This document shows, piece by piece, positions 1 to 12,039 of a DNA stretch of 64,000 nt (position 1 is the stretch's first letter; every line of letters begins with the position of its first letter). Below the pieces are notes generated by a model. The model worked only from the letters and a program-made list of their open reading frames with translations, was not told the DNA's origin and searched no databases. Position numbers and translations under genes: made by a program. The stretch is from positions 25,547 through 89,546 of the forward strand of contig DATJTJ010000130.1 in NCBI GenBank assembly GCA_035503515.1. The letters run 5' to 3'. Origin of the DNA: Steroidobacteraceae bacterium (lineage in GTDB: Bacteria; Pseudomonadota; Gammaproteobacteria; Steroidobacterales; Steroidobacteraceae).

Positions 1-1101
1 CTTGGCGAGCGGCACGCAGTAGATGTCGATGGGCGAGCTGCGGCCGCGCAGCGTCATGGAAGGCAGCTCCACGGCCTTGATGTCGTGGCCGTGCTCCTCG
101 AGCCGGCGCTTGAGGGAGCGCGAAAAGACCATCTCGCCGGCACGGGCCCGCTGACACAGCCGCGAGGCGACGTTCACGGCATCGCCGATGATGGTGTAGC
201 TCATGAACATGGCGGACCCGACGTTGCCGGCCACCACGTCACCCTCGTTGATGCCGATGCCCAGCCCCGTCTCGATGTTGTGGCGGATGCGCCAGGTCTC
301 GGCGAGCAGCGCGAACCGGTCCAGCATTTCCTGTCCGGCCCGCACCGCCCGTTCCGGGCTGTCGTCCTGTTCGAAGGGCACGCCGAACCCGACCATGAGG
401 CAGTCGCCGGCCATGTGGAACACCGTGCCTTCGTGCTGGAAGGTGATCTCCGTGAGCAACGAGAAGTACTCGTTCAGCAGCGGCACGACTTCGTGCGGGC
501 TCAGCCGTTCGGAAATGCCGGTGAAGCCGCGCAGGTCCGCGAACATGATGACCGCCCGGGTGCGGATGTCGGCCGCCGTCACGATGCTGTCGCGCATCCG
601 CGAGTTGTCGAGGATGCGGTCCGCGAGCTGCGGCGAGACGTAGCGCCGGAAGGTCGCCTGCAGTTCCTCCCCGCGCCGCTCCTCGGTCGTGCGGGCGGCG
701 GCGGCGACCTTGCGGCGACGGGCGCCGGCGCGGGCGAGCGCCTCGAGTCGGGCCAGCAGCACCGAGTCGGCGCCGTTCACCACGACGAAGTCGTCGGCGC
801 CGGCCGAGTACGCGGCCATCTGCATTTCCGAGCCGAGACTGACCACGACGACCGGCAGCATCATGGTCGCAGGGTGTTCCTTCAGGGCGCGGCAGGTCTG
901 CAGGCCCGCATGCGCCGTGCTGTCCGCGTCGATCAGGATCAGGTCCGGAGAGACCCGATCGACGTTTGCCAGGATGTCCTCCTGGATCGCGCAGCAGTCC
1001 ATCCGGAAGCGCTGTGCCGTCGGACCGCGCTCCAGAAGCAAACGGATTGCCCCACAATCGCCAGCGGCCAAGACCTGGAATCGTTCTGCTGAAACCGCCA
1101 T
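1..1101 (-). CDS. Response-regulator receiver domain fused to a class III adenylate/guanylate cyclase (C-terminus cut by window edge)
   Basis: This frame is absent from the ORF track because it has no stop inside the window. My translation of the minus strand from the ATG at 1101-1099 reads [17 protein letters not shown]... It continues into cyclase motifs [19 protein letters not shown] and [27 protein letters not shown]. Track ORFs 85..1092(+) and 239..1117(-) are Arg/Gly/His-rich off-frame products. Confidence 0.8.
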   Translation of the reverse strand, partial: MAVSAERFQVLAAGDCGAIRLLLERGPTAQRFRMDCCAIQEDILANVDRVSPDLILIDADSTAHAGLQTCRALKEHPATMMLPVVVVSLGSEMQMAAYSAGADDFVVVNGADSVLLARLEALARAGARRRKVAAAARTTEERRGEELQATFRRYVSPQLADRILDNSRMRDSIVTAADIRTRAVIMFADLRGFTGISERLSPHEVVPLLNEYFSLLTEITFQHEGTVFHMAGDCLMVGFGVPFEQDDSPERAVRAGQEMLDRFALLAETWRIRHNIETGLGIGINEGDVVAGNVGSAMFMSYTIIGDAVNVASRLCQRARAGEMVFSRSLKRRLEEHGHDIKAVELPSMTLRGRSSPIDIYCVPLAK

Positions 1102-1151
1102 CACTCAAGGGTACCATTGCCGTTCCTCATCAGCACGGATGTGATTGCATA

Positions 1152-1799
1152 ATGGCCAGGTCCAATCGCAAGGCAGTTGCCGCCCGTCCGCTGCCTGCCG
1201 CCGGCCCGACCGCCGGCAAGGTCTCGCGCGAGCAGGCCGAAGAGGCGGTCAGGACCTTGCTGCGCTGGGCCGGGGACGATCCTGGCCGGGAAGGGTTGAT
1301 TGATACGCCCAAACGCGTGGTCAGGGCGTATGCGGATTGGTTCTCGGGCTATGCCGTGGATCCGCGCGAGTACCTGAGCCGCACCTTCGAAGAAGTCGAG
1401 GGCTATGACGAAATGGTGGTGCTGCGCGACATCACCTTCGAGAGCTACTGCGAGCATCACATGGCGCCGATCATCGGCCGGGCCCACGTCGGTTACCTGC
1501 CTTCCAACAAGGTCGTCGGCATCAGCAAGCTCGCGCGCGTGGTCGACGGCTACGCCCGGCGCTTCCAGGTCCAGGAGAAACTGACGGCGCAGATCGCGGC
1601 CTGCATCGACGAGGTGCTCAAGCCGCGCGGGGCGGGGGTCGTCATCGATTCAGAACATCAGTGCATGACCACCCGCGGCGTGCACAAGCGCGGCGTGTCG
1701 ATGGTCACCAGCCGCATGGTGGGGATCTTCCGCAGCGATGCCCGCACCCGCGCCGAGTTCCTGCAGTTCATCGACATCCGCGGCTCGCGCATCGTCTGA
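1152..1799 (+). CDS. folE: GTP cyclohydrolase I
   Basis: Internal ATG of track ORF 966..1799. Motifs [24 protein letters not shown] and [11 protein letters not shown] are typical FolE type I. Confidence 0.92.
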   Translation: MARSNRKAVAARPLPAAGPTAGKVSREQAEEAVRTLLRWAGDDPGREGLIDTPKRVVRAYADWFSGYAVDPREYLSRTFEEVEGYDEMVVLRDITFESYCEHHMAPIIGRAHVGYLPSNKVVGISKLARVVDGYARRFQVQEKLTAQIAACIDEVLKPRGAGVVIDSEHQCMTTRGVHKRGVSMVTSRMVGIFRSDARTRAEFLQFIDIRGSRIV

Positions 1800-1808
1800 A
1801 CCGAAGTT

Positions 1809-2279
1809 TCAGGGATGCGCCTTCACCTTGGCCAGTGACAGTGCATTGATGCAGTAGCGCAGGCCGCTCGGGGGCGGTCCGTCCTGGAAGACATGGCCCA
1901 GGTGGGCATCGCAGACATTGCAGGTCACCTCGATGCGCCGGCCGTAACTGCGGTCCTCGTGGTATGCGATGACATCCGGGGCGGCGGCCTGGGTGAAGGA
2001 CGGCCAGCCGGTGCCGCTCTGGAACTTCTCGGCGCTGTCGAACAGCAGCGTGCTGCAGCACGCGCATCCATACTTTCCGGGTTCGAACAGGTCGCACATC
2101 GGCGAGCTGTGCGGCCGCTCGGTACCCTTCTCGCGGGTCACATGGAAGGTCTGCGGGTCAAGGATCCTGCGCCATTCGCTCTCGGGCTTCTCCACCCGGC
2201 GCGGCGGCGGGGGATTTCCCTGGCGCACGATGTTGAGCACGTCGTTCCAGCGCAGTACGGCGGGATTTTGGGACATCAT
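1809..2279 (-). CDS. msrB: Peptide-methionine (R)-S-oxide reductase
   Basis: 156 aa with GKYGCACCSTLLF, GTGWPSF and CNVCDAHLGHVF (two CxxC pairs, SelR fold). Convergent with folE across a 9-nt gap. Confidence 0.9.
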   Translation of the reverse strand: MMSQNPAVLRWNDVLNIVRQGNPPPPRRVEKPESEWRRILDPQTFHVTREKGTERPHSSPMCDLFEPGKYGCACCSTLLFDSAEKFQSGTGWPSFTQAAAPDVIAYHEDRSYGRRIEVTCNVCDAHLGHVFQDGPPPSGLRYCINALSLAKVKAHP

Positions 2280-4573
2280 GGGCTCCTGGCGGTCCGCGCG
2301 GACCGGGTGCAGATCCAGAGTGCGGCAGGCAGGGCCGTGAAATCGGCCAGCAGTGCCAGTACGAATGCGGCGGATGATACCGTGCCGAACTGACGCATCG
2401 GCGGCAGGGGCGAAAAAGCCAGTGCCAGGAAGCCCGCGGCATTGATCAGGGTGGCGAACAGGATCGGCTTGCCGGCGACCAGCAGCGCATGGCGCAGCGC
2501 GGCCAGCGTGGAGCCTTCGCTGCGACCTTCCTGGTAATGATAGAAGAAATGAACCTGGTCGTTCTCGGTCGCGCCCAGCACCGTGGAGCCGATGAGGATG
2601 GTCGCGATGTTCAGCGATATGGAGGCGCCGCGCATCACCAGGAAAGCCGACAGGATGGCGAACAGCGAGGGGATCATCGCCATCAGGCGGGCCAGCGGGC
2701 TGCGGAACACCACCAGGAAGGCGCAGAAGATGATGCTCGCGGTGAGCAGGAAGCTTTCCATGAGCGTCGGCACCAGCTGCAGGGTGATCTGGTCGGACAG
2801 TACGCTCTCCCCGACCACGCGCGCCGTCACCCCGGCCAGCGCCGGCTGCGTGCGCTGCACGTCCGTCCAGACCTTCTCGATGTAGTGGTGCATGGCGCCG
2901 ATGTCACCGAAGGCCCGGTCGCGGCCGCGGATCGAGAGCCGCACGTCCCCGAGGGAGGCCAGGTCGACATAGCCGCGCGCGCCGGGCGTGGTGAGCAGCA
3001 GCTGCTCCAGTTCGCCGGCCAGCTCATTCCAGGCCTGAGGATCGGTGGGCAGCTGATCCACGCCGGATTGCACGTACCGCGCCCAGCGCAGCAGGGAAGT
3101 CGGCCCGTCCACGGCCGTGATCCGCGGGTCGCTTTCCAGCCGGCGCACCAGCTGGTCCACGGCCCGCAGGAACTGCGGATCCAGTGCGCCCCCATGGGGT
3201 ACCTTCAGCCACAGCTGATAGACATCCAGGCCCTCCTGGCCTTCGAAGTAGCGGGTGTCCTGGGCGGCCGGCAGGTTCGGATCGATGTAGGTGAGCGTCT
3301 CGGTCTGCAGCGCGAGCGGCCGGATGTGGCCGGGAATGCCCAGCAGCGCGATGGCGCCGGCCGCCATCCCGAGGAGCGCCGCGGCGACCAGCGGCCAGCG
3401 CAGCGCGCGGGTGAGCGGCAGCCAGTGATCGACGAACCGCGGGTACCAGCGGCCCGCCGTCGCGCGTTCGGACTGGGTGGGCGTGCGCAGCAGCTGCTGC
3501 AAGGCCGGGAACAGCGTGAAGCTCGCGATCCACGCGACGATGAGGCCGCAGGCCGTCCACAGCCCCATTTCGCGCACCGGGCGGATGTTGGATACGACGA
3601 GCGCCCCGAAGCCCACCGCGGTGGCGAAGATCGACGCAGTGCAGGGCAGGAACTTGTTGGCGAGTACCCGGGCGTGATGCTCCAACAGATCCGGTGCATC
3701 GCCGCGCTCGATGTACCGCGAATGGATGTACACCAGGGTGGAGGTCGCCGTGACCAGCACCGTGAGGGGCACCAGCGAGGAGACGATGGTGTGCTTCCAG
3801 CCGGTGAGGGCCGCCACTCCCATGGCGATGGCGACGACCAGGCCGAGCGTGATCACGATGGCGAGCAGGGCCCGCCAGGACCGGTACAGCAGGAAGATCA
3901 GGACCACGAGGAACACACCGAACAGCGGCATGGAGCGCTGGGTGGCCACCTGCGTCTCATGTTCCAGCCAGGCATCCAGCCAGGGCGATCCGACGCGGCG
4001 GATGCGCTCGAAGGGACCACCGTGGCTGCCTTGCAGGGGCGCGATGGCCGCATCGATGGCGGCGAGCATCCGGTCCCGGTCCGCCGGCGAGCGCACGTGC
4101 AGTTCCAGCGCGATACCCAGGTAGTTCGGTCCGAGCAGCCCGGAGCGGCTGAAAAGCTGGGTGCCGGTCGCAAAGCCGTGCAACCTTGCGACATCGCCGG
4201 CATTGACGCCCGAGCCGGGATTGGCGCCCCGGAAAATGCTCAGCAAGCTCTGCGTCTCAACGCCCCTGATCCGCGCCAGCTGCTGTTCGAGCCGGTCCGC
4301 CGCCTGCAGCGCCGTGATCCCGAGCGGATCGGCACTCTGCAGCATCAGCAGCGCATGGACGCCCTCGGGAAAGAGCTTCTCGAAGGCGACGGTTGCCTTG
4401 GCATCCGGATCGTTCGCGACCATCAGGGTGTCGATGGCATTGTCATCCGGAATGAGCGTCGCGCCGTACACGCCCAGGGCCCCGAGCAGCACGAACGCCA
4501 GCACGATCAGCCGGCGGGCCGCCAGCACCCGCGCAAATACCCGTATGGCGGCAGGGGCGGCAGGCACCGTCAC
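2276..4573 (-). CDS. MMPL/RND-superfamily membrane transporter (two 6-TM bundles with periplasmic loops)
   Basis: 765 aa. Two hydrophobic blocks (around residues 215-360 and 600-750) are separated by soluble domains. Overall it resembles MMPL/HpnN-type exporters. There is a 4-nt overlap with the msrB start. Confidence 0.75.
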   Translation of the reverse strand: MTVPAAPAAIRVFARVLAARRLIVLAFVLLGALGVYGATLIPDDNAIDTLMVANDPDAKATVAFEKLFPEGVHALLMLQSADPLGITALQAADRLEQQLARIRGVETQSLLSIFRGANPGSGVNAGDVARLHGFATGTQLFSRSGLLGPNYLGIALELHVRSPADRDRMLAAIDAAIAPLQGSHGGPFERIRRVGSPWLDAWLEHETQVATQRSMPLFGVFLVVLIFLLYRSWRALLAIVITLGLVVAIAMGVAALTGWKHTIVSSLVPLTVLVTATSTLVYIHSRYIERGDAPDLLEHHARVLANKFLPCTASIFATAVGFGALVVSNIRPVREMGLWTACGLIVAWIASFTLFPALQQLLRTPTQSERATAGRWYPRFVDHWLPLTRALRWPLVAAALLGMAAGAIALLGIPGHIRPLALQTETLTYIDPNLPAAQDTRYFEGQEGLDVYQLWLKVPHGGALDPQFLRAVDQLVRRLESDPRITAVDGPTSLLRWARYVQSGVDQLPTDPQAWNELAGELEQLLLTTPGARGYVDLASLGDVRLSIRGRDRAFGDIGAMHHYIEKVWTDVQRTQPALAGVTARVVGESVLSDQITLQLVPTLMESFLLTASIIFCAFLVVFRSPLARLMAMIPSLFAILSAFLVMRGASISLNIATILIGSTVLGATENDQVHFFYHYQEGRSEGSTLAALRHALLVAGKPILFATLINAAGFLALAFSPLPPMRQFGTVSSAAFVLALLADFTALPAALWICTRSARTARSP

Positions 4574-4644
4574 GGGGCAGATCCTGACGCCAGTATCGGA
4601 CGTTCGGCGAAGCGCTTCATCTGAGGGAATGATAGCCTAACGAA

Positions 4645-5415
4645 ATGAGCTCACTGGTCGCGGCCGCAGCCTCATTGCTGGTCTTCTGCGCTCCGGGCTA
4701 CTCCGGTACCAGCGCCGACGCCCAACCTCTTGTAGGAGAATTCGCCACGACGCTGGCCGCGGCCGCCGGCCTGCCCGCAGATGGGCTGACGGCGGTATAT
4801 GACGCCAACGAGCAAAGCGACCTGCAGCGGCTCGCCGCCCCCGATGCCGACCTGGCCTTCGTGCCGTATCCGTTCTTCGTCCAGCATGGCGCGGCCCTGC
4901 ACCTGGCGCCGCTTGCGCAGGCCGACGTGCCTCCGGCGGGCGTGCGGCAGCATTGGACGCTGGTCATGAAGCGCGGCCGGCCGGCGCCCCCGGCGGGACT
5001 TGCCGGCATGACCGTCATCAGCACGGCAGGCTATGCGCAGGACTTCGTCCGCGACGTGCTGCGTGGTGTCGGGCCGCTGCCCGCCAACACGACCATCACC
5101 GCCACGGGGCAGGTGCTCTCGGCGCTGCGCCGGACGGCGACCGGTGAGCCGGTCGCGGTGCTGCTGGATCAGGAACAGGCCGCGGCGCTCGGCAGTCTGC
5201 CGTTCGCGGCGGATCTGCAGTCGGTGGCGACCACGGCAGCGGTGCCCGTCGCACTCGTCGTCAGCGTCGGCGGCCGGGTGCCGAAGGCCCGCGCCGATGC
5301 CCTGCAGAAGGCGTTGCTGCAGCTGTCGGGCAGTGCCCAGGGTGCGGCAGCTCTGGGCCGCCTGCGTCTGAAGGGTTTCGTAGCCCCACACCTGCCCGCG
5401 ACTCCCGGCTCATGA
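4645..5415 (+). CDS. Exported protein, periplasmic solute-binding-like (PhnD-type?), function unknown
   Basis: 256 aa with a short signal peptide (MSSLVAAAASLLVFCAPGYSG). Codon usage is coding-like. Divergent from the MMPL gene. The family call is from memory only. Confidence 0.45.
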   Translation: MSSLVAAAASLLVFCAPGYSGTSADAQPLVGEFATTLAAAAGLPADGLTAVYDANEQSDLQRLAAPDADLAFVPYPFFVQHGAALHLAPLAQADVPPAGVRQHWTLVMKRGRPAPPAGLAGMTVISTAGYAQDFVRDVLRGVGPLPANTTITATGQVLSALRRTATGEPVAVLLDQEQAAALGSLPFAADLQSVATTAAVPVALVVSVGGRVPKARADALQKALLQLSGSAQGAAALGRLRLKGFVAPHLPATPGS

Positions 5416-6116
5416 GCCGGCCGCTGCGGGCACTCGCCGTGCTGGCGCTTGCGGCGCTGGCCGCCTGCGCGGCGGGCCCGCCGGCTCAGCCGCCGGCCGG
5501 CGCGGCGACACCGGCCCGTGGCCAGAGTCCGGCCCAGCTGCTCGCCGTGGTGCAGCGCGATGCGGACGGGCTCGATCAGACCACCGATGCGGCCGCACGC
5601 TCGCGGCTGCTGACCGAGGCCGCCGCCGCGGCCCGGCAGTGCATGGCGCAGTTCCCGGATGCCGGCGCCTGCCCGTACGCGCAGGCGCAGGTGCAGGGCC
5701 TCAGCGCCCGCGCCAAGCCTGTCGAAGCCCCCGGACTGCTCAAGCAGATGGTGGCCAGCCTGGCCAGGGCCGAGGCGCGGGAACCCGACCTCGATCATGC
5801 CGGACCGGCGCGACTCTCCGCCATCGTGCTGCTGCGTGCACCGCCCTGGCCCTTGGGGCCGGGCGACGTCGACACCGCGCTGAGTGCGGCCCAGCGGGCC
5901 GTGAAGCTCGATCCGGCCTATCCGCCCAATCTGATCACGCTGGGGGCGGTGCAGGCCAAGGCCGTCGGCGCGGCCACGGCGCGGACCACCTTCGGGCAGG
6001 CCCGGCAGGCAGTGCAGGCCTGGAATGGAGCCGGCTCGGAGCCGGCGGCCGAAGTGGCCGCCGAGCGCGGCAAGTGGCTGGCGCAGATCGAGCAGGGGCT
6101 GCACGACCTGCAGTGA
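5412..6116 (+). CDS. Lipoprotein, helical/TPR-like, function unknown
   Basis: Lipobox LAALAAC after MSRPLRALAVLA. ATGA overlap with the upstream gene. Ala/Leu-rich helical repeats. Confidence 0.45.
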   Translation: MSRPLRALAVLALAALAACAAGPPAQPPAGAATPARGQSPAQLLAVVQRDADGLDQTTDAAARSRLLTEAAAAARQCMAQFPDAGACPYAQAQVQGLSARAKPVEAPGLLKQMVASLARAEAREPDLDHAGPARLSAIVLLRAPPWPLGPGDVDTALSAAQRAVKLDPAYPPNLITLGAVQAKAVGAATARTTFGQARQAVQAWNGAGSEPAAEVAAERGKWLAQIEQGLHDLQ

Positions 6117-6119
6117 ACC

Positions 6120-7943
6120 TCAGGCGATGCTTTCCGAACTGCGGGCGGCCCGCTTGCGCTCGTTCTCGTCGAGGAAGCGCTTGCGGATGCGGATCGATTC
6201 GGGAGTCACCTCGACCAGCTCGTCCTCGTCGATGAATTCCACGGCGTATTCCAGGGTCATCTGGATCGGCGGGGTCAGCAGGATCGCATCGTCCTTGCCG
6301 GCGGCGCGGATGTTGGTGAGCTTCTTGGTCTTGATGGGATTGACGACCAGGTCGTTCTCGCGGCTGTGGATGCCGATGATCATGCCGGGATAGAGCTTCT
6401 CGCCCGGATGCACGAACATGCGGCCGCGCTCCTGCAGATTGAACAGGGAATAGGCCACGGCCTCGCCCATTTCGTTGCTGATGAGCACGCCGTTGCGTCG
6501 TTCCGGTATGTCGCCCTTCACCGGTGAGTAGCCGTCGAAGATGTGGCTGATCAGCCCGTTGCCGCGGGTCAGGGTCATGAATTCACCCTGGAATCCGATC
6601 AGCCCGCGCGCCGGCACGCGATACTCCAGGCGTACCCGCCCGAGATCGTCGATGACCATGTCGGTCAGGTCCGCGCGGCGGGTCCCCAGGGCCTCCATCA
6701 CGGCACCCTGGTGCTCGGCGTCGATGTCGATCGTGAGTGCCTCATAGGGTTCGTGCAGCACGCCATCGACCATGCGGTTGAGCACCTGCGGCTTGCCGAC
6801 CGCGAGCTCGTAGCCTTCGCGGCGCATGTTCTCGATGAGGATGGTCAGGTGCAGTTCACCGCGACCCGAGACCCGGAAGATGTCCGGCTCGGCGGTGTCC
6901 TCGACCCGTAGCGCCACGTTGCTCTGCAGTTCGCGGTACAGGCGCTCGCGGATCTGGCGGCTGGTCACGTACTTGCCTTCGCGGCCGGCCAGCGGCGAGG
7001 TGTTGACCTGGAAGTTCATGGACAGGGTCGGCTCATCGACGCTGATCGGCGGCAGTCCCTGCGGAGTCTCGCGGTCGCAGAGGGTGAGGCCGATGTTCAC
7101 TTCTTCGATGCCCGTGATGGCGACGATGTCGCCCGCCAGTGCTTCGGGCACCGACTGCCGCTGCAGTCCCTGGAACGTGAGTACCTGCACCACTTTGGCC
7201 TCGCCGCGATCCTCGGCGCCATGGCGCAGGGCCACGGTCTGGCCGGCGCGGATGGTGCCGCGACGCACCCGGCCGATGCCGATGCGCCCGACGTAGGAGT
7301 TGTAGTCGAGAGTCGAGATCTGCAGCTGCAGGGGCGCCGACGGATCGCTCGGGGGTGCCGGAACGTACTGCAGGATCGCCTCGAACAGTGCGGTCATGTC
7401 CTGCCGCCGCTCCGTATGGTCGAGGCTGGCCCAGCCCTGCAGGGCCGAGGCGTAGACCACCGGAAAGTCCAGCTGCGCGTCGGTGGCACCCAGCCGGTCG
7501 AAGAGTTCGAAAGTCTTGTCGATGACCCACCCCGGACGCGCGCCGGGGCGGTCGATCTTGTTCACCACCACGATGGCCTTGTGGCCCAGGCCCAGGGCCT
7601 TGCGGGTCACGAAGCGGGTCTGCGGCATCGGGCCCTCGACCGCATCGACCAGCAGCAGCACCCCGTCCACCATCGACAGCACGCGTTCCACCTCGCCACC
7701 GAAATCGGCGTGGCCCGGGGTATCGACGATGTTGATGCGGGTGCCGCCGTACTCGATGGCGCAGTTCTTGGCGAGGATGGTGATGCCGCGCTCGCGCTCG
7801 ATGTCGTTCGAGTCCATGACGCGTTCGCCCACCTTCTCATGCGCTTCGAAGGTGCCGGACTGCTTGAGCAGGCAATCCACCAGCGTCGTCTTGCCGTGGT
7901 CGACGTGCGCGATGATTGCGATGTTGCGGATGGGGCGGTTCAT
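6120..7943 (-). CDS. typA: Translational GTPase TypA/BipA
   Basis: True start is [23 protein letters not shown], residue 143 of track ORF 6120..8369. Also has [14 protein letters not shown] and NKIDR. Length is 607 aa. Confidence 0.93.
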   Translation of the reverse strand: MNRPIRNIAIIAHVDHGKTTLVDCLLKQSGTFEAHEKVGERVMDSNDIERERGITILAKNCAIEYGGTRINIVDTPGHADFGGEVERVLSMVDGVLLLVDAVEGPMPQTRFVTRKALGLGHKAIVVVNKIDRPGARPGWVIDKTFELFDRLGATDAQLDFPVVYASALQGWASLDHTERRQDMTALFEAILQYVPAPPSDPSAPLQLQISTLDYNSYVGRIGIGRVRRGTIRAGQTVALRHGAEDRGEAKVVQVLTFQGLQRQSVPEALAGDIVAITGIEEVNIGLTLCDRETPQGLPPISVDEPTLSMNFQVNTSPLAGREGKYVTSRQIRERLYRELQSNVALRVEDTAEPDIFRVSGRGELHLTILIENMRREGYELAVGKPQVLNRMVDGVLHEPYEALTIDIDAEHQGAVMEALGTRRADLTDMVIDDLGRVRLEYRVPARGLIGFQGEFMTLTRGNGLISHIFDGYSPVKGDIPERRNGVLISNEMGEAVAYSLFNLQERGRMFVHPGEKLYPGMIIGIHSRENDLVVNPIKTKKLTNIRAAGKDDAILLTPPIQMTLEYAVEFIDEDELVEVTPESIRIRKRFLDENERKRAARSSESIA

Positions 7944-8114
7944 GGGGTTACGGGGCGGTCGCGAAAGGGTCGCGAAGATTAGCAGAAGAATGCGGCAACC
8001 GGCAGTGAGCGTGAGCATGGCCGCATGAGACCGGGGTAGGATGCCCCAATGGCTCCGCGAGACCACAAAGGCCGCTCCGCCCCGGCTGCGCCGGGCGGTG
8101 TGGATTCGACCCTG

Positions 8115-9902
8115 ATGGGGTTCTTCGGCGTTTTCCGGTACAGCCGCCAGGCATTGGGCCTGGTACTGGACACCAGCCCGCGGCTGACCCTGGCGCTGGC
8201 CCTGCTGACCCTGGTCGCCGGCACGGTGCCGGCGGGTATCGCCTGGGTCGGATCGCAGCTGGTGGATGCCGTGGTCACGGTCATCCGTGCCGGCAACGGC
8301 GATGCGCACCGGGTGCTGCACTTCGTGCTGCTGGAAGGAGTGCTGGTGGCGGTGCTGGCGGCCGCGCAACGCGGCCTCTCATTGTGCCAGTCGCTGCTGC
8401 GGGCCCTCCTGGGCCAGCGCGTGAACGTGATGATCCTGGAGAAGGCCCTGACGCTGGAGCTTGCGCACTTCGAGGACTCCGAGTTCTACGACAAGCTCAC
8501 GCGGGCCCGCCGCGAGGCGTCCAGCCGGCCACTGAGCCTGGTGATGCGCACCTTCGGCCTGACGCAGAACGCGATTTCGCTCGCCAGTTTCGGTGGGCTG
8601 CTGTTCCGGTTCTCGCCCTGGGCGGTGGCCGTACTGCTGCTGTCGGGGCTGCCGGCCTTCATCGCCGAGGCGCGCTTCTCCGGTGATGCCTTCCGCCTGT
8701 TCCGGTGGCGCTCACCGGAGACGCGCATGCAGCTGTACCTGGAGTCCGTGCTCGGGCGCGAGGAGCACGCCAAGGAGGTGCGCCTGTTCGGTCTCGGGAG
8801 CCGGCTGCTGGCTCGCTACCGCGACATCTTCACGACGCTGTACCGGGAGGACCGCGCGCTCACCATCCGGCGCGACGCCTGGGGGTTCTTCCTGGGGCTG
8901 ATCGGCACCTGCGCGCTGTACCTGGCCTATGCCTGGATCGCGCTCGCGACCGTCCGCGGGGTCATCACCCTGGGCAAGATGACCATGTACCTGGCGCTCT
9001 TCCGGCAGGGGCAGTCGGCGGTGTCCGCCGCGCTGTCCTCGATCGGCGGGATGTACGAGGACAACCTGTACCTGTCGACGCTGTATGAGTACCTGGATAC
9101 TCCGGTGCCGGCGTCCCGGGGTGAACTCATCAAGGGTCCGCATCCCGAGGATGGCATCCGCTTCGAGAACGTCGGCTTCGTCTATCCCGGCGCCACCCAA
9201 CCGGCGCTGCAGGATGTGACGCTGCACCTGCGGCCGGGCAGCAGTCTCGCCCTGGTGGGTGAGAATGGCTCGGGCAAGACCACGCTCATCAAGCTGCTGA
9301 CGCGGCTGTATCGCCCGACTTCGGGGCGCGTGCTGCTGGATGGGCTGGACCTGGAGCTGTGGGAAGAGAGCCGGCTGCGCGAACGCATCGGCGTCATCTT
9401 CCAGGATTTCGCCCGCTACCAGATGCTGGTGGGCGAGAACGTCGGTGCCGGCGATGAGCCCTTTTTCCTGGACGAGGAACGCTGGCGCGAGGCCGCCGAC
9501 AAGGCCCAGGCGGATGATTTCATCAGGACGCTGCCGTCCGGATATCACACGCAGTTGGGCAGGTGGTTCAAGGACGGGCGCGAGCTCTCCGGCGGCCAGT
9601 GGCAGAAGGTCGCGCTGTCACGGGCGTTCATGCGCGTCCGCGCCGACGTGCTGGTGCTGGATGAGCCCACCGCGGCCATGGACGCCCGGGCCGAGGCCCT
9701 GGTATTCGAGCGCTTCCGGCAACTGGGACGCGACCGGATGACCATCCTGATCTCGCATCGCTTCTCCACCGTGCGCATGGCCGATGAAATCGCGGTGCTC
9801 GAACAGGGTCGCATCATCGAACGCGGCAGCCACGAGCAGCTGATGCAGCGCGAGGGCCATTATGCGGCACTCTTCTCGCTGCAGGCGCGAGGCTACCGCT
9901 GA
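8115..9902 (+). CDS. ABC transporter, fused permease/ATP-binding protein (MsbA-like exporter family)
   Basis: Start taken at [14 protein letters not shown]. Six-TM N-terminal half. Walker [10 protein letters not shown], signature [15 protein letters not shown], Walker B VLVLDEPT. Confidence 0.85.
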   Translation: MGFFGVFRYSRQALGLVLDTSPRLTLALALLTLVAGTVPAGIAWVGSQLVDAVVTVIRAGNGDAHRVLHFVLLEGVLVAVLAAAQRGLSLCQSLLRALLGQRVNVMILEKALTLELAHFEDSEFYDKLTRARREASSRPLSLVMRTFGLTQNAISLASFGGLLFRFSPWAVAVLLLSGLPAFIAEARFSGDAFRLFRWRSPETRMQLYLESVLGREEHAKEVRLFGLGSRLLARYRDIFTTLYREDRALTIRRDAWGFFLGLIGTCALYLAYAWIALATVRGVITLGKMTMYLALFRQGQSAVSAALSSIGGMYEDNLYLSTLYEYLDTPVPASRGELIKGPHPEDGIRFENVGFVYPGATQPALQDVTLHLRPGSSLALVGENGSGKTTLIKLLTRLYRPTSGRVLLDGLDLELWEESRLRERIGVIFQDFARYQMLVGENVGAGDEPFFLDEERWREAADKAQADDFIRTLPSGYHTQLGRWFKDGRELSGGQWQKVALSRAFMRVRADVLVLDEPTAAMDARAEALVFERFRQLGRDRMTILISHRFSTVRMADEIAVLEQGRIIERGSHEQLMQREGHYAALFSLQARGYR

Positions 9903-9921
9903 GAGGTCCCGCCCTGGCTGC

Positions 9922-12039
9922 TCAGCCGGCGGCCACCTCCATCAGCACGGCGATCGAGCGGGCCGGCAGCGTCAGCGTCGCACCGCCGGGCAAGGGTTTG
10001 CCGTAGGGCGGCCGTCCTTCGGCGCTCTCCAGTTCCATGCGCCAGCGTCGTCGCTCGGGCAGCGGCGGCAGCACGAACGCCATGGTGTCGTGATGGGCGT
10101 TGAACAGCAGGGTGAAGTTCTCATCCAGCACCGGATGGCCCCGGGTGTCGGTGCGATGCACCGCGGCGCCCGAAAGGTGCATCCCCAGGCAGCGTGCGAA
10201 GCCCTGGCTCCAGTCGAATTCGGTCATCTCGGTACCCGCGGGCGTGAGCCACGTCACATCCTTCTGGGATTCGCCCGCCACGGGCAGACCGGTGAGGAAA
10301 TGCCGGCGCGAGAAGATGGCGTGACTGCGCCGGAAGGCCACCATGCGCTGCACGAAATCCATGAAGAGCCGCTGCTGCGGCCGCAGTTCCCAGTCGAGCC
10401 AGGAGATCTCGTTGTCCTGGCAGTACGCATTGTTGTTGCCGGCCTGCGTGCGCCCGAGTTCATCGCCCGCGAGCAGCATCGGCACACCCTGCGACAGCAG
10501 CAGCGTTGCAATCAGGTTGCGCTTCTGGCGCTCGCGGATCTCGAGGATGTCCGGATCATCGCTCGGGCCTTCGATCCCCCAGTTCCACGAGCGGTTGTCG
10601 TCCGAACCGTCGCGGTTGTCCTCGCCGTTGTCCTCGTTGTGCTTCTGGTTGTACGACACCAGGTCGCTGAGCGTGAAGCCGTCATGGGCCGTGACGAAGT
10701 TGATGCTGGCGTGGGGCTTGCGGCCGCTGGCCTCGTACAGATCCGAGGAACCGGTGAAGCGTTGCGCGAATTCCCCGATCAGGCCGCCATCGCCCTTCCA
10801 GTAGGCGCGCACGCTGTCACGATACTTGTCGTTCCACTCGTTCCAGCCGGGCGGGAAGTTGCCGACCTGATAGCCGCCGGCACCCACGTCCCAGGGCTCG
10901 GCGATGAGTTTGACCTGCGACAGCACCGGATCCTGGGAAATGGTGTCGAAGAAGGAACCGAGCCGGTCGACGTCGAACAGCTCGCGGGCGAGCGCCGCCG
11001 CGAGGTCGAAGCGGAAGCCGTCGACGTGCATGTCAAGCACCCAGTACCGCAGTGAGTCCATGATCAGCTGCAGCACCCGCGGGTGCTGCAGGTTCAGCGT
11101 ATTGCCGGTACCGGTGAAGTCCATGTAGTGACGCAGGCTGCCGGGCACCAGGCGGTAATACGAAGAGTTGTCGATGCCGCGGAAGCTCAGGGTCGGGCCG
11201 CGCTCGCTGCCCTCGGCGGTATGGTTGTAGACCACATCCAGGATGACCTCGATGCCGGCCGAGTGCAGGCTCTTGACCATGGTCTTGAATTCCTCGACCC
11301 GACCGCTGGCGCTGTAGCGCATTTCCGGGGCGAGGAACCCGATGGTGTTGTAGCCCCAGTAGTTGCGGAGGCCCTGCTTCACCAGATGGCGGTCATCGAG
11401 GAAGGCGTGGACCGGCATCAGTTCCACGGCGGTAATGCCCATGCGCCGCAGGTGGTCGATGACCGGCGCGGTCCCCAATCCGGCATAGGTTCCGCGCAGG
11501 GCCGGGGGCACCTGCGGATGCCGCATCGTCATGCCGCGCACGTGCAGCTCGTAGATGATGGTGTCGTGCCACGGCGTGCGCGGGGGCCGGTCGTCGCCCC
11601 AGGTAAAGGCGGGATCGATGACGCGGCACTTGGGGGTGCCCGCTGCGCTGTCACGCTCGTCGTAGGACAGGTCGAGCCTGGAATCGGCCGTGTCATAGCC
11701 GAAATGCGCATCGTTCCAGCGCATCCGCCCCGACAGCAGCCGCGCGTACGGCTCGATCAGCAGCTTGTTCGGATTGAAGCGGTGGCCGCGTTCGGGATCG
11801 TAGGGACCATGGCAACGATAGCCGTACAGCTGCCCCGGCCGGGCTTCGGGGAGGTAGCAGTGCCAGATCTGGTCCGTGCGCTCCTTGAGCTCGATGCGCT
11901 CCACCTCGTGGCGGCCGCTGCCGTCGAACAGGCACAGCTCCACCTTGGTCGCGTTTTCGGAAAACAGCGAGAAATTCACGCCTTCGCCATCCCAGGTGGC
12001 GCCCCTGGGATAGGGGTTGCCCGGCCAGACCGCCGTCAT
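9922..12039 (-). CDS. glgX: Glycogen debranching enzyme
   Basis: [35 protein letters not shown] and [10 protein letters not shown] (GH13 catalytic regions). 4-nt overlap with glgB. Confidence 0.9.
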   Translation of the reverse strand: MTAVWPGNPYPRGATWDGEGVNFSLFSENATKVELCLFDGSGRHEVERIELKERTDQIWHCYLPEARPGQLYGYRCHGPYDPERGHRFNPNKLLIEPYARLLSGRMRWNDAHFGYDTADSRLDLSYDERDSAAGTPKCRVIDPAFTWGDDRPPRTPWHDTIIYELHVRGMTMRHPQVPPALRGTYAGLGTAPVIDHLRRMGITAVELMPVHAFLDDRHLVKQGLRNYWGYNTIGFLAPEMRYSASGRVEEFKTMVKSLHSAGIEVILDVVYNHTAEGSERGPTLSFRGIDNSSYYRLVPGSLRHYMDFTGTGNTLNLQHPRVLQLIMDSLRYWVLDMHVDGFRFDLAAALARELFDVDRLGSFFDTISQDPVLSQVKLIAEPWDVGAGGYQVGNFPPGWNEWNDKYRDSVRAYWKGDGGLIGEFAQRFTGSSDLYEASGRKPHASINFVTAHDGFTLSDLVSYNQKHNEDNGEDNRDGSDDNRSWNWGIEGPSDDPDILEIRERQKRNLIATLLLSQGVPMLLAGDELGRTQAGNNNAYCQDNEISWLDWELRPQQRLFMDFVQRMVAFRRSHAIFSRRHFLTGLPVAGESQKDVTWLTPAGTEMTEFDWSQGFARCLGMHLSGAAVHRTDTRGHPVLDENFTLLFNAHHDTMAFVLPPLPERRRWRMELESAEGRPPYGKPLPGGATLTLPARSIAVLMEVAAG

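Noticed and set aside
85-1117. Track ORFs 85..1092(+) and 239..1117(-) at the left edge
   Set aside because: The real gene is in a third frame on the minus strand (receiver-adenylate cyclase). It is not listed because it has no stop in the window.
2489-4624. 711-aa ORF on the plus strand
   Set aside because: It lies exactly antisense to the MMPL transporter gene. The product is Arg/Gly/His/Gln-rich with no recognisable motif. This is the typical shadow ORF of a high-G+C gene.
6120-8369. N-terminal extensions of track ORFs (for example typA 749 aa, and likewise 18010, 24228, 25226, 26927..28978, 39771, 45276, 49236, 53714..55108)
   Set aside because: In each case the family-conserved N-terminus begins at an internal Met or Val. 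The upstream part is compositionally aberrant or overlaps the neighbouring gene. Starts were moved accordingly.
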